This document shows, piece after piece, positions 28,538-41,815 of a stretch of DNA of 64,000 nucleotides. The stretch spans positions 224,001 to 288,000 of the forward strand of contig CAVYKI010000002.1 of the NCBI GenBank assembly GCA_963769025.1. The letters run 5' to 3'. Source of the DNA: an uncultured Verrucomicrobiae bacterium. Lineage in GTDB: Bacteria; Verrucomicrobiota; Verrucomicrobiia; Chthoniobacterales; Chthoniobacteraceae. The notes below the pieces were generated by a model. It made no database searches. It was not told the DNA's origin and saw nothing but the letters and a program-made list of their open reading frames with translations. Made by a program: the position numbers and the translations under genes. Positions within the stretch are counted from its first letter, which is position 1. Each line of letters begins with the position of its first letter.

Positions 28538-30546
28538 TCACACCACCTCCACCGGGCACTTCGGCAGCGCGCGCAGGAAGGCGCTCCCGTAGTTCTTCGT
28601 GAGCACGCGCGGGTCGAGGATGACGACGATGCCCTTGTCCTGCTTGCGTGCGGATGAGGCGGCCGACGCCCTGGCGGAGTTCGAGGATGGCCTCGGGGAG
28701 CGAGTAGTCGCGGAAGGGGTCGCCGCCGTTGGCCTCGATTTGCTCGAGGCGCGCCTCGATGAGCGGCGTGTCGGGCACGGCGAAGGGGAGGCGGGTGATG
28801 ATGACATTCGAGAGCGCCTCGCCGGGCACGTCCACGCCGCTCCAGAAACTTTTCGTGCCGAAGAGCACGTGACGGTCGTCCTTTTTGAACTCGGCGATGA
28901 GGCGGTGGCGCGTGAGGCCTTCGCCCTGCACGAGGAGCGTCATGTCGTGATCCTCGTCGAGTTTTTCGCGGCAAAGGGACGCCACGTTTTGCATCGTCTT
29001 GTAGCTCGTGAAGAGGACGAATGCGCGCCCGTGCGTCATGGCGACGAAGTGCTCGATTTTCTCCGCGAGCGCCTGCTCGTAGGCGGCGGCCCCGTCGCTT
29101 TTGGGGTCGGGCATTTTCTTCATCACGTAGAGGCGCATCTGCCGCTCGTAGTCGAAGGGCGAGCCGACGCGCAGCGCGTGGCACGTCCTCGGCGCCGATG
29201 CGCCTGCGGAAGTAGTCGAGCGCGGCGTCGCCGGTGCCGAGCGTGGCGCTGGTCATGATGCACGTGTTGTCCTCGCGGAAAAGGAGCGCGTGCAGGTGCG
29301 CGGCGATGTCCACGGGCGCGGCGTGGAGATTGTGAAACTGCGTGGTCTTGCCGCTCTGCTCGACCCAATAGACGTGCTGCTCGGCGTCCTGCTTGAGGAA
29401 GGTCGCGAGGTTCGAGCGCGCGTCGCGGATGCGGCGGCCGAGGTCCTGCAGCTCGGCCTTCGTCGAGCTCGTCCTCGGTGGCTTTCACCGACTGCACGAC
29501 CTGCGCCTGCAAGCGCGTGAGGTCGGCGGAAAGGGTGTCCGGCACGAAGTCCGGCTGCCGCACGCGATACTCGCGCCCCTTTTTGAAATCCGCGCTCGTG
29601 CCGACTTTCGCGAAAAACTCCTCGGCCTTTTCGAGCGCATTGCTCGACCTCGCGCACGCCGTCGGGATTGCGCAGCACTTGGAAGAGGCCCTTCTTCGTC
29701 TTCGGATTGTAGAGCCGGTGCAGCGCGTAGCGCAGGCCGTATTGCGAGACGTTCATCCCGATCATCCGCGACGCGACCGACTCGACGGTGTGCGCCTCGT
29801 CGAAGATCACGAAGTCATTCGCAAAAAGGTAGCCGCTCTCGTCTTTGTCCTGCTCCGCGATGCCGCCGAGACTGAGGAAAAAAAGCGTGTGGTTCATCAC
29901 CACGAGGTCGGCGCTCGACGAGCTGCTTGCGCACGCGCTGGTAATGGCAGCGCGGGTTGTTGCCGCAGGTCTTCGGCGTGCAGATGTGCGGCTCGCTGCA
30001 CACGAGCGACCACACGTGCGAATCCGGCTCCACCGCGAGGTCGCTCAGCGAGCCGTCCTCGGTCGTCTGCGCCCATTCCCAGATGCGCTTCAGCTCCTCG
30101 GTCTCCGTCGAGGTGAAAAGCTCGCCCGCCTGCGACATCGCGCGCTCCAGCCGCGTCGGGCAGACGTAATTCGCGCGCCCTTTCCAGAGGATCGCGCTGA
30201 AGTCGCCCGCCGCTTCCGCGAGCACCTTCCGCACGATCGGGATGTCTTTGAAAATGAGCTGCTCCTGCAAATTGATCGTGTGCGTGGAGACGACCGCCTT
30301 CCGGTTTTGCTGCTTTGCCCAGAGGATGGCCGGGATGAGATACGCGAGCGATTTCCCCACGCCCGTGCCCGCCTCGACGACGAGATGTTTTTTCTCCGCC
30401 AGCGCCTCCGCGACCGCGACCGCCATCTCCTGCTGCTCCGGCCGATACTCAAAGCTCTTCGCCTCCGACAGCAACCCGTCCGGGGAAAAAATCTTCCGGA
30501 TGGTCTCGGCAAAATCAGACGGTGCGCCGGTGTCGGGTGAAATCAT
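28538..30546 (-). CDS. dinG: DinG/YoaA-family ATP-dependent helicase, split by about five +1 frameshifts (probable sequencing errors)
   Basis: [17 protein letters not shown], Fe-S Cys residues, [35 protein letters not shown] and LDPR are spread over successive frames, with breaks near 29916, 29645, 29465, 29182 and 28646. Confidence 0.88.
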
Positions 30547-30653
30547 GTGAGCCGTGCATCTTTCGCAACGCACGGCGCGGGCGCAACCACGCAGCACAGG
30601 CGCGGGTGTGTTTCGCTGGGAACGATGCGGAGGAATCGGTCGCTGAGGTTTTT

Positions 30654-30757
30654 AAACGCAGAGACGCAGAGGGGAAGAAGCAGCCAGGGACGACGTAATC
30701 CGAGGCCTTCCTTGAAAGGGCCTGCTGTTTTCTCTGCGTCTCCGCGTCTCTGCGTTT
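30654..30757. repeat. Inverted-repeat element of 8-mer-periodic units
   Basis: AAACGCAGAGACGCAGAG ... CTCTGCGTCTCCGCGTCTCTGCGTTT. Confidence 0.8.
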
Positions 30758-30821
30758 CTGCAATGACTTCGAGGAATCGTTTCGGCTAAGGACTCGGGGC
30801 CGAGACTGATTCATCCCAAAC

Positions 30822-33743
30822 ATGACCTTCCCTCCTGCCTTCGTTCGGGTGAGCGCGCTGCTGTTCGCGTTCACGCTGCCGTCCATTGCCGAGCCTGCGC
30901 CGGCGGCGGGTGCGATGTCGCCGGAGGATGCGGCGAAATCTTTCCAGGTCGCCGACGGGCTCAAGGTCGAACTGGTTGCCGCCGAGCCGCTCACCGCCTC
31001 GCCGTGTGCGATGGCCTTTGATGAACGTGGGCGGCTTTTCGTCGCGGAGAATCGCGGCTACCCGAATACGTCGGAGCCGCCGCAGGGAGTTGTCGCGATG
31101 CTGGAGGACACGGACGCCGATGGACGCATGGACAAGCGCGCGGTCTTCGCCGACGGGCTGACGTTTCCGAATGGCGTGATGCCGTGGAAAGGCGGGCTGA
31201 TCGTCACCTGCGCGCCGGATGTTTTTTTCCTGAAGGACAATGACGGCGACGGGCGTGCTGATGAGAAGCGCGTGCTGCTCACGGGCTTCGACGCCACGAA
31301 GAGCACGCAGCTCCGCGTGAACGGCCCGACGCTCGGGCCGGATGGATGGATCTACTTCGCGGCGGGACTCAGCGGTGGCGAAATCAAATCGCCAGATCAC
31401 CCAGAGCGGCCGGCGGTGAAGATGACGGGTGACTGCCGGTGGAATCCCGAAACCGGCGAGATCGAAAACGTGGACGGGCGCGGGCAGTACGCGCTTTCGT
31501 TCGATGATTTTGGCCGGCGGTTCATCTGCATGAACCGCATCCAGGTGCAGCATGTCGTGCTCTCGTCGTCGTGGCTGAAACGGAATCCGAAGCTCACATT
31601 CAGCGAGACGGTGCAGAACTGTCCCGAGCTGGTTCCGAATGCATTCATGCGCAGCACGGCGGGCGCGGCGCGGCTGTATCCGATCAGCGCAAACATCACG
31701 ACGGCGGATTCACACGCCGGGACGTTCACCGCGGCGTGCGGCGTGAATGTGTGGCGCGGTGGCGCGCTGCCGGAACTTTACAAGAGCGCCGTTTTTTCCT
31801 GCGACCCGACCGCCAACCTCGTGCACGTGGACAAACTGGTACCGCGCGGCGCGAGCTTTTCCGTCGAGCCGCTGCTGGAAAAGCGCGAGTTTCTCGCGTC
31901 CAAGGACGACTGGTTCCGGCCGGTGTTTACGACGAGCGGGCCGGATGGCGCGCTCTATGTGTGCGACATGTACCGGCGCATCATCGAGCATCCCGATTAC
32001 CTCGCGGAGGAGGTGCGGAAGCGGACGGACTTCGAAGGTGGCAAGACGATGGGGCGCATCTGGCGTGTGACGGCAAAGGATGCGCGGTGGGAGCCGGAAA
32101 AGTTCCCGCGCGTGCGGTTCGGAACCTCGGCGTGGCTGGACGACGCAGTGGCCATCGTCGCAAACGAGAACGGCTGGGCGCAGCACATGGCATTCCGGCT
32201 GATCGCCGAACGACACGACAAGGCCGCGCCGGCTGCGCTGAAGAATGCGCTGGCCGGGGCGAAGGGCCCCGAGAACTACGCCGCGTTGTGCGATCTGCTG
32301 GCGATGCATGGAGCGCTCGATCCCAAGACGCGCGCTGCCGCTGCGGAGCACGAGGATGCGGGAGTCCGTGAGCGCGCCTTGATGGCTGTGTCGGCGGCAC
32401 CGGATGAAAAGGAACGTCGCATGGCGATGGCAGTGAACCTTGCGTCGGATGCGGATGCGCGCGTCCGTTTTTCCTCAGCGCTGGTGCTCGGGGACAATCC
32501 GAATGCCGAAGCGACCGATGCGCTCGCGAAGATCGCCGCGAAGGACACGGAAGATCGCTGGCTGCGCGCGGCGGTGCTGAGCGGCATTGCCGGACGGGAG
32601 CAGGATTTCCTCGTCACTTTCCTGAACCAGATCGAAGCCGTGGGACCTGGCGCGCAGGAAGTGCTGCGAGGCGTGGGACGGGGCTTCAAGGACCTCGACG
32701 CGCTCAAGCTCGCACTTGGCGCGTCGGATGGCGCGAAGGGGCTCGGCCGGGAACTTTGCGGGCCGGCGATGGCGTCGCTGCTGCTCTCGTTTTCCGAGGG
32801 AACCGGCAAGCGGCTTGCGGCATCGGCGACCGAGGAATGGCTGGGGCCCGTGCTTGCCCAGGCGGCGCAGATTGCGACGGACCAGTCTCGCACCGCCTCG
32901 CAACGCGAGGTGTATGTGAACCTGCTCGGCCGCATGGACTGGGCGGTGGCGTCCCCGGCTTTGCTGAAACTCGCGACGACCGAGAGCGACGAGGCGCTGC
33001 GCGCAGTGGCCATCCGTGCGCTTTGCAGCTTCGGGCAACCGGAGACGGCGAAGGTGCTGCTGCCTGCCGGCGCTTGGCCGCGTTACACGCCGACGCAGCG
33101 CGAGACGGTCATCGGTGCCCTGCTCGCGCCGGGCACGCACCTCGCGGGAATGCTCGACGCCATCGAGAGCGGTGCGCTGCCGGCGAATGCCATCAGCGCC
33201 ATCCGCCGCGGATTTTTCCAGAAGAGCAAGGACGCGGCGATCCGCGAGCGCGCGGCGAAGCTTTTCGCGGCGGCGGGCGGCGATCGGCAGAAGGCATTTG
33301 AGGACGCGAAGACCGTGCTGACGATGACGGCGAACGCTCCGCATGGACGCGACATTTTCCGCACCGCGTGCGCGGTCTGCCACCGATTGGATCAGGAAGG
33401 TCACGCAGTCGGGCCGGACCTTTTCGACATGCGGCGGCAGACGAAGGAGAACATCCTTTTCCACATCATCGTGCCGGACGCCGAGGTCGCGCCGGCCTTC
33501 ACGCCGTATGTCGTGGAGACGAAGGACGGACGCGTTTTCAGCGGCATCCTTGCGAGCGAGACGCCCACTTCCGTCACTTTGCGCGGCCCGCTGGCGCAGG
33601 AGACGGGCGTGCTGCGGAGCGAGATCGCCAAGCTGGAAGCGGCACCGGGGTCACTGATGCCAAACGGCGTCGAGGCGACGATCAGCAAACAGGATCTCGC
33701 CGATCTGCTCGCGTATCTGCGGGGCGAAGCGCCGGGCAAATAG
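30822..33743 (+). CDS. PVC-type membrane-bound dehydrogenase-domain protein with HEAT-like repeats and C-terminal heme c
   Basis: ELVAAEP, AFDERGRLFVAE, DTDADGRMD, WFRPV...GPDGALYVCDMYR, CAVCH, GPDL, SLMP. Confidence 0.9.
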   Translation: MTFPPAFVRVSALLFAFTLPSIAEPAPAAGAMSPEDAAKSFQVADGLKVELVAAEPLTASPCAMAFDERGRLFVAENRGYPNTSEPPQGVVAMLEDTDADGRMDKRAVFADGLTFPNGVMPWKGGLIVTCAPDVFFLKDNDGDGRADEKRVLLTGFDATKSTQLRVNGPTLGPDGWIYFAAGLSGGEIKSPDHPERPAVKMTGDCRWNPETGEIENVDGRGQYALSFDDFGRRFICMNRIQVQHVVLSSSWLKRNPKLTFSETVQNCPELVPNAFMRSTAGAARLYPISANITTADSHAGTFTAACGVNVWRGGALPELYKSAVFSCDPTANLVHVDKLVPRGASFSVEPLLEKREFLASKDDWFRPVFTTSGPDGALYVCDMYRRIIEHPDYLAEEVRKRTDFEGGKTMGRIWRVTAKDARWEPEKFPRVRFGTSAWLDDAVAIVANENGWAQHMAFRLIAERHDKAAPAALKNALAGAKGPENYAALCDLLAMHGALDPKTRAAAAEHEDAGVRERALMAVSAAPDEKERRMAMAVNLASDADARVRFSSALVLGDNPNAEATDALAKIAAKDTEDRWLRAAVLSGIAGREQDFLVTFLNQIEAVGPGAQEVLRGVGRGFKDLDALKLALGASDGAKGLGRELCGPAMASLLLSFSEGTGKRLAASATEEWLGPVLAQAAQIATDQSRTASQREVYVNLLGRMDWAVASPALLKLATTESDEALRAVAIRALCSFGQPETAKVLLPAGAWPRYTPTQRETVIGALLAPGTHLAGMLDAIESGALPANAISAIRRGFFQKSKDAAIRERAAKLFAAAGGDRQKAFEDAKTVLTMTANAPHGRDIFRTACAVCHRLDQEGHAVGPDLFDMRRQTKENILFHIIVPDAEVAPAFTPYVVETKDGRVFSGILASETPTSVTLRGPLAQETGVLRSEIAKLEAAPGSLMPNGVEATISKQDLADLLAYLRGEAPGK

Positions 33744-33796
33744 CTGGCTTCCCGCCGCCGCCTCTCGCTAAACCACAACTGTCCCACTTCCTTACC

Positions 33797-34843
33797 ATGA
33801 GCAAAAAATACAACGTCGCCGTCATCGGCTATGGCTGGGCCGCCACGGCACACATCGCCGCCATCAATGCCAGTTCGCAGGCCCAGGTCACAGCCGTCTG
33901 GAGTTCGCGCAAGCTGGACTCCGCGGCGCTTTCCGCGAAGCACGGCTCGCCGATCACGGCCTACACCGATCTCGCAAAGATGCTCGCGAGCAAGAACGTG
34001 CATGTCGTGGACATCACGAGCTACCCGGACCAACACGCGCAGCAGTTCATCGCTGCGGCCAAGGCGGGCAAGCACATCATTGTCGAGAAGCCGCTGGCGA
34101 TCGAGTGGAACGACATCCTCGCGATGAAGGTCGCCGCCAAGTCCTCCGGCTCAAAGGTGTGCGTCTGTTTCGAGTGCCGCTACTCCTCGCAGTTCCTCGC
34201 GACGAAGGCGGTCATCGATGAAAAACTCATCGGCAAGCTCCACTACGGCGAAGTGGACTACTACCACGGCATCGGCCCCTGGTACGGCCAGTATCGATGG
34301 AACACGAAGAAGAAGCTCGGAGGCAGCGCGCTGCTCACCGCCGGCTGTCATGCGCTCGATGCGCTCCTGCTTTGCATGGGAGGCGACGTCACGGAGGTCA
34401 GCAGTTTTTCCTCGCAGAGCAGCAATCCCGTCTTCGCGGCCTATGAATACCCGACGACTTCCACGAGCATCCTGCGTTTCAAAAATGGAGCGGTCGGCAA
34501 ATGCGCGGCGGTGGTGGACTGCCTGCAGCCGTATTACTTTCACACGCACCTCGTCGGCAGTGAGGGGAGCATCCTCGACAACAAATTCCACAGCCAGAAA
34601 CTCGGCGGGCTGAACAAGCACTCATGGTCGCAGCTTTCGATGAAGATGCTCGATTCCGGCGATGTGAGCGACCACCCGTACCAGACGCAGTTCCAGGCGT
34701 TCTTCGACGCGCTCGATGCCGGAAAGGACATGCCGCTGACGAGCTTTGCGGACGCCTACCGTTCGCACCGCGTCATTGCGGCGGCGGACAAAAGTGCGGC
34801 CGAGGGACGCACGGTGAAGCTGAGCGAGATTCCGGAAAAGTAG
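33797..34843 (+). CDS. Gfo/Idh/MocA oxidoreductase
   Basis: VAVIGYGW, GKHIIVEKP, GGSALLTAGCHALD. Confidence 0.9.
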   Translation: MSKKYNVAVIGYGWAATAHIAAINASSQAQVTAVWSSRKLDSAALSAKHGSPITAYTDLAKMLASKNVHVVDITSYPDQHAQQFIAAAKAGKHIIVEKPLAIEWNDILAMKVAAKSSGSKVCVCFECRYSSQFLATKAVIDEKLIGKLHYGEVDYYHGIGPWYGQYRWNTKKKLGGSALLTAGCHALDALLLCMGGDVTEVSSFSSQSSNPVFAAYEYPTTSTSILRFKNGAVGKCAAVVDCLQPYYFHTHLVGSEGSILDNKFHSQKLGGLNKHSWSQLSMKMLDSGDVSDHPYQTQFQAFFDALDAGKDMPLTSFADAYRSHRVIAAADKSAAEGRTVKLSEIPEK

Positions 34844-35014
34844 TTCCGTCTCGGAGTCCCGTCGAACGTGGCAATGCCGCTCCGGTCGCGGGGGTGAAGT
34901 GCATCCCCGCGGGCCTCAGGAAGCATCCAAATGCCGCGTCTTGCCCGGACGCGGCTCCGACTCCGCGAGAGAGTCTTTCTTTTTGCCGGGAGGCGACCTA
35001 GGCTCGCCGCAGTT

Positions 35015-37483
35015 GTGATCGAAAAATCCGAGTCCGCCACCGCCGAGCCATCATCCCCGAGGCGCCGGCAAAAAAAGAAGCGAGGCCTGCTTGCACGGCT
35101 GCGCCTGCTGGTGTTGTGCGCCGTGCTGCTCCTGCTGGTCGCGGCTCAGGCCCCGGTGTTTCCGCACGTGGTGCGGGCCGTGTTGAAATTCCGCTCCTGG
35201 CAGAGCGGGGCGACGCTTTCGATGGGAATGGTCGAGGGCAATCTTTTCGAGCCGGTGGTGATCCAAAATTTGCTCTGGACCTACCGTGCGGAGACCGGAG
35301 CCGTGACACGCGTGGAGATCCGGCGTGTGCGTGCGTGGCTGGCGTGGAGCAATGTGTTTCCAGCGCCGGTGGCGGGATGGGTCCGCTCTGGTGCGGAAAG
35401 GATCGGATTTTATCCCATCGGTGCCAACGGGCATTGGTTTCGCGAACTGGAGATGGACGGTGTGACGGCGCGGCTGTCGCTTCCTCGTGGCTTGGATGCG
35501 GAGCCGGGCGCCGAGGCTCCGGTACCCTGGCTGCGCAGGATGGTCGGCGTCTCCGGCGTGCGGCCGGTGATTTACACCGTGCGAAATGCGGACCTGATCC
35601 TCGATCGCTCCGAGGACTGGGTGCGCGTGAGCGGCGCCCATTTCACGATGAGCGAGACCGCGGCGGGTGTGCTGAGGGCCGCGCAGATCGCGATCAAGAC
35701 CGAGTCCGGGCGGCAGAGTTTCACCGGTGTGCGCGGGCGTACTTCGCTCGAAGGTTCGCGGGCGACGATCGCGGGGCTGAAGCTGGCCCCCGACATGACG
35801 TTGCAAAGCCTCAGCGTCTCGCTCGGGGAATTTGCGAAGGGGCGGCTGATGTTTTCCGCGGAGCTCGCGGCGTTTGGCGGAACGATCGAGGCGGAGGCGG
35901 AGACGGCGTTCCAAGACCGGCGGCTGCGGTTCGATGGCAACGGGAATTTTTCAAAAATCAGCGTGGCCGGCCTCGCGAGTTTCCTGGGGCTGAGTGAAGC
36001 CGCCGGCGGTGTGTTGAACTCGGGGCATTTCACTTTCCATGGGACGCCGGGGGATTTTGCAAAGTCCGAGGCTACCGTGCGATTCGAGGCCGGTGCGTTC
36101 CAGTGGGATTCGCGCCAGTGGGATTCGCTCGTGCTCGGGCTGTCGCTTGTGGATCAGCGGCTGCAGATTCCGGAATTCCGCCTGCGGCAGGGAAAGAACC
36201 AACTGACGCTGAACGGGACGATGGCGCTCCCGCAGCCGGGCGTGCGGTGGTGGGATCGGAAGTTTGATTTCAAGGTGGATGCGGACATCCGGAACCTGAC
36301 CGACCTCTCGGCGCTGCTGCTGCCGGAGTTCAAGTTCGCCGCGGGGCAGTTGTTCATCCGTGGTTCCGTGAGCGGGAGCGGAGCGCAACCGGACGCTCCG
36401 GCAAAATTCGAAGGCCAGTTGATCGTGAGCGGCAACCAGATGCAATGGCGCACGGCCCCGATTGACCATGTGAATGCCGCGCTGCTCTTCCACGAACGCG
36501 ATCTGCAAATCGTCAGCGCGCAGATGATGCGTGCGGATGATTTTCTGCGCGGCAGCGGGCGCATCAGCCTCGGCGACGGCAGCTACTCGGGTGAGTGGCG
36601 GCTGTCGGCGCGCGATCTCAGCGCCTACAAGGCGATGCTCACGCCGTACATCCTCCCGGCTCCACTCGGCGGCGGAATCGAGGCGACATGGACGGGGAAG
36701 GGGGGCGGTGTGGCGCATGAGGGAACGTTTGCCGCGAAACTCAGCCGCTTTCACCTGCTCGGCCCGGGAGGCACGCTGCCGCTGGATGCGGAGTTCAACG
36801 GCACCTACCGGCCCGGCGAGGTGCAGTGTGAAAAGTTCCGCCTCGCGGAAGACGGCACCGTCCTCACTGCAGGCATCAGCGTAGGACCGAGCGCCGTGAA
36901 TCTCCGCAATATCCGCGTGCAGCACCACGGGCGTACCGGTCTGCAGGGCGATGCTTTCCTGCCGCTCGACCTCTGGCAACGCTGGCCGGATGTGAATTTC
37001 GAGCACCTGCTGAACGATGAGACCGTGAGCCGGGTGCGCCTGGAAGCGACGAATCTCGACCTGCGCGCGGCCTCCCGGCTCACCGGTGTGGACTGGCCGC
37101 TCGCCGGAAACGTGAACGGCACTCTCAGCGCGGACGGGCCGCTTGCCGCGCTGCGCCTGGCTGGGGCGGTGCAGCTGTTGCAGGGGACCATTCCTCTCGA
37201 CTGGAAGGGCCATGCGGTCCGCGATGTCGCTGCGCGCTTTGTCCTCGAGGGAAATCAGGTCCGGCTCGAGAAGGCTGCGGGGAAGCAGGCGGAGGGTGAT
37301 TTCACCATCGCGGGGAGCCTCGATCTGGCGAAGCCGCGCACTCCGGTGCTGGATGTCACAGGCAGCGGCACAAAAAACGCGCAGCCATTTTCATTCACGG
37401 CGAAAGGCCCGGCGGAAAAGCCGGTGATCACGGCCGTGGAGAATCCGCCGCAACCGGCGCCGCCTATCGGGGCGGAGAAGTGA
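35015..37483 (+). CDS. AsmA/TamB-like beta-strand-rich envelope protein
   Basis: Basic stretch plus one TM anchor, then about 750 aa of alternating amphipathic beta strands (e.g. LAGNVNGTLSADGPL). Start uncertain. Confidence 0.55.
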   Translation: MIEKSESATAEPSSPRRRQKKKRGLLARLRLLVLCAVLLLLVAAQAPVFPHVVRAVLKFRSWQSGATLSMGMVEGNLFEPVVIQNLLWTYRAETGAVTRVEIRRVRAWLAWSNVFPAPVAGWVRSGAERIGFYPIGANGHWFRELEMDGVTARLSLPRGLDAEPGAEAPVPWLRRMVGVSGVRPVIYTVRNADLILDRSEDWVRVSGAHFTMSETAAGVLRAAQIAIKTESGRQSFTGVRGRTSLEGSRATIAGLKLAPDMTLQSLSVSLGEFAKGRLMFSAELAAFGGTIEAEAETAFQDRRLRFDGNGNFSKISVAGLASFLGLSEAAGGVLNSGHFTFHGTPGDFAKSEATVRFEAGAFQWDSRQWDSLVLGLSLVDQRLQIPEFRLRQGKNQLTLNGTMALPQPGVRWWDRKFDFKVDADIRNLTDLSALLLPEFKFAAGQLFIRGSVSGSGAQPDAPAKFEGQLIVSGNQMQWRTAPIDHVNAALLFHERDLQIVSAQMMRADDFLRGSGRISLGDGSYSGEWRLSARDLSAYKAMLTPYILPAPLGGGIEATWTGKGGGVAHEGTFAAKLSRFHLLGPGGTLPLDAEFNGTYRPGEVQCEKFRLAEDGTVLTAGISVGPSAVNLRNIRVQHHGRTGLQGDAFLPLDLWQRWPDVNFEHLLNDETVSRVRLEATNLDLRAASRLTGVDWPLAGNVNGTLSADGPLAALRLAGAVQLLQGTIPLDWKGHAVRDVAARFVLEGNQVRLEKAAGKQAEGDFTIAGSLDLAKPRTPVLDVTGSGTKNAQPFSFTAKGPAEKPVITAVENPPQPAPPIGAEK

Positions 37484-37490
37484 CGCGCGC

Positions 37491-39494
<2,004 letters not shown>

Positions 39495-39559
39495 TGAAAA
39501 ACGTGAAAGCGCGGCGAGGAAAACACGCGCGCCGCCTTTTGCAATCGCCGTTCCGATCT

Positions 39560-40147
39560 TCAGCGCGAAAACTGCGCGGCGAGCTGCGAAATCACTGCGG
39601 GATAGAGCTGGTGCTCGGCGAGCTGGATCCGTGCGTGGAGCGTTTCCGCCGTGTCGCCGGGGAGGACTGGCACCTCGGACTGCGCGATGATTTCCCCGGT
39701 ATCCATGCCGCTGTCCACGTAATGCACGGTGCATCCGGACGTCGTCGCGCGTGCTTCGACTGCCTGCCGCCAGGCTTCGAGTCCTGGAAACGCCGGAAGC
39801 AGGGAAGGGTGGATGTTGATCACGCGCCGGGGAAAGGCGTCGAGCAGCGGGGCTTTGATCATCCGCATGTAGCCGGCGAGGACCACCAGATCCACCCCGG
39901 CCTCGCGCAGCATTTGGACGAGTTGCTGTTCCTGTTCCGGCTCCAGCTTCGTCTTGAAGCGACCCGGCGGGATGTGTGCGGCGGGGATTCCGCGCTCGCG
40001 GGCGAGAGCGAGGATGCCAGCGTCCGGCACGTCGGAGATCACGATGCGGACTCCGGCGTCCAAATCGCCGCGCGCGATGGCGTCGGCGATGGCGCGAAAG
40101 TTAGAGCCTTTGCCGGAACCGAGGACGCCGAGTTTCAGCGCTGCCAT
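39560..40147 (-). CDS. purN: Phosphoribosylglycinamide formyltransferase
   Basis: GSGKGSN, LAGYMR, NIHPSLLP, GCTVHYVD..MDTG. Confidence 0.95.
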   Translation of the reverse strand: MAALKLGVLGSGKGSNFRAIADAIARGDLDAGVRIVISDVPDAGILALARERGIPAAHIPPGRFKTKLEPEQEQQLVQMLREAGVDLVVLAGYMRMIKAPLLDAFPRRVINIHPSLLPAFPGLEAWRQAVEARATTSGCTVHYVDSGMDTGEIIAQSEVPVLPGDTAETLHARIQLAEHQLYPAVISQLAAQFSR

Positions 40148-40614
40148 TTTTCGATGATGCTGGTGGTGGATTTGCCGGGCACGAGCGGGAGGATTCGGAT
40201 TTCCGCGCCTGCTTCCTGCAAGGCGTCGCGCTCGCCGGGATCGAGCGATTCCACGGTATAGTCGCCGCCCTTCGCATAGATCTGCGGGCGGATGGCGCGC
40301 GCCAGTTCCGTGATGCGTTCGGTGTGGAAGACGGTGACGAAGTCCACGCACGCGAGCGCGGCAAGCACCTCGGCGCGGTCGGTTTCGCTGTTGATGGGAC
40401 GCGTCGGGCCCTTGAGCGCGCGCACGCTGGAGTCGCCATTCAGCGCGACGAGCAGGGCGTCTCCGAGCGAGCGCGCCTGCTGGAGATAGCGGACGTGCCC
40501 CGCGTGCAGGAGATCGAAGCAGCCATTGGTGAAGACGAGCCTTTTGCCCGCAGCCGCGAACTGCGCGGAGATCGCGGCGAGTTCGGGGACGGATTTCAGT
40601 TTCTCCAGGCTCAT
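40135..40614 (-). CDS. rfaE2: D-glycero-beta-D-manno-heptose 1-phosphate adenylyltransferase (RfaE domain II)
   Basis: [29 protein letters not shown]. Confidence 0.9.
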   Translation of the reverse strand: MSLEKLKSVPELAAISAQFAAAGKRLVFTNGCFDLLHAGHVRYLQQARSLGDALLVALNGDSSVRALKGPTRPINSETDRAEVLAALACVDFVTVFHTERITELARAIRPQIYAKGGDYTVESLDPGERDALQEAGAEIRILPLVPGKSTTSIIEKWQR

Positions 40615-40699
40615 GCGCTTTGCTTCGCGGAGAATGTCCGGCTGGGCGAGGCGAAAGTTTGTTTGGCAGGGCGGAGCGCCCCGCTACGGTCCCGGCTCC

Positions 40700-41815
40700 A
40701 TGAACGACCCGCGCTTTGATCTCCTTGCCAAGAATCTCGTCTCCTTTTCCACCTCGCTGAAACGCGGCGAGAAGGTGCTGCTCGACATGTTTGACGTGCC
40801 GGACGAGATGACCGTCGCGCTCGTGCGTGCGATCCGGGCGGCCGGCGCGGTGCCGTTTGTTCAGATTCACCACGGGCGGGTGAGCCGCGAGATGGCGCTC
40901 GGTGCGAGCGAGGAGGGGTTGGACGTCGCCACGGGCCTGCAGCTCGCGCAGATGAAGAAGATGGACGCCTACATCGCATTTCGCGGAGGTGCCAACGCCA
41001 CGGAGAGCGCCGACGTTCCAGCGGAGCAGATGAAGCTCGTCGCGAAGAAAATGCGCCCGGTGATCGACTGGCGCGTAAAGAAGACGAAGTGGTGCGTGCT
41101 GCGCTGGCCGAGCCCCAGCATGGCGCAGCTCGCGGGCATGAGCACCGAGGCGTTTGAGGATTTCTATTTCCGCGTCTGCACGCTGGACTACGCGCGGATG
41201 AAGCCCGGCATGAAGGCTCTCTCGCAGCTCATGATGAAAACGGACAAGGTGCATCTCAAGGGGCCGGGAACGGATTTGCATTTCAGCATCAAGGGCATCG
41301 CGGCGATTCCATGCGGCGGGACGCACAACATCCCCGATGGCGAGGTCTTCACCGCACCGGTCCGCAACAGCGTGCAGGGCCACGTGAGCTACAACGCTCC
41401 GACGATTTACCAGGGCACCGCATTCGACAATGTGCGGCTCGGTTTCACGGACGGAAAAATCACCGAGGCGACGTCCAGCAACACGGAAAAGCTGAACGCC
41501 ATCCTCGACAGTGATCCCGGGGCCCGGTTCATCGGTGAGTTTGCGATCGCCTTCAATCCGCATGTCCTCAGCCCGATGCGCGACATCCTGTTCGACGAGA
41601 AAATCGCGGGTTCCTTCCATTTCACGCCAGGCCAATGCTACGAGCAGACGGAGAATGGCAACCGCTCGCAGGTGCATTGGGACCTCGTCTGCATCCAGCG
41701 TCCGGACTGGGGCGGCGGCGAGATTTGGTTCGACGGGAAACTGGTCCGCAAGGACGGGCGGTTCGTCCTGCCCGCGCTGAAGGCACTGAATCCCGAGCGG
41801 CTTCTGGGCAAATAG
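40700..41815 (+). CDS. Aminopeptidase, M29 (AmpS/aminopeptidase II) family
   Basis: [36 protein letters not shown]. Confidence 0.92.
   Translation: MNDPRFDLLAKNLVSFSTSLKRGEKVLLDMFDVPDEMTVALVRAIRAAGAVPFVQIHHGRVSREMALGASEEGLDVATGLQLAQMKKMDAYIAFRGGANATESADVPAEQMKLVAKKMRPVIDWRVKKTKWCVLRWPSPSMAQLAGMSTEAFEDFYFRVCTLDYARMKPGMKALSQLMMKTDKVHLKGPGTDLHFSIKGIAAIPCGGTHNIPDGEVFTAPVRNSVQGHVSYNAPTIYQGTAFDNVRLGFTDGKITEATSSNTEKLNAILDSDPGARFIGEFAIAFNPHVLSPMRDILFDEKIAGSFHFTPGQCYEQTENGNRSQVHWDLVCIQRPDWGGGEIWFDGKLVRKDGRFVLPALKALNPERLLGK

Noticed and set aside
28233..29138. Apparent DinG-antitoxin fusion ORF (301 aa)
   Set aside because: Artefact of the frameshift near 28646. The real dinG C-terminus ends at 28538 and the antitoxin has its own promoter and ATG at 28484.
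28538..30546. DinG as a type IV CRISPR (CasDinG) component, or as programmed frameshifting
   Set aside because: No csf/cas genes or array nearby. The sequence looks like housekeeping YoaA/DinG, and the breaks lack slippery sites and recur in unrelated genes.
364..30757. Short repeats considered as a CRISPR array
   Set aside because: There are no 23-47 bp direct repeats with unique regular spacers and no cas genes; the repeats are short-period tandem or inverted pairs.
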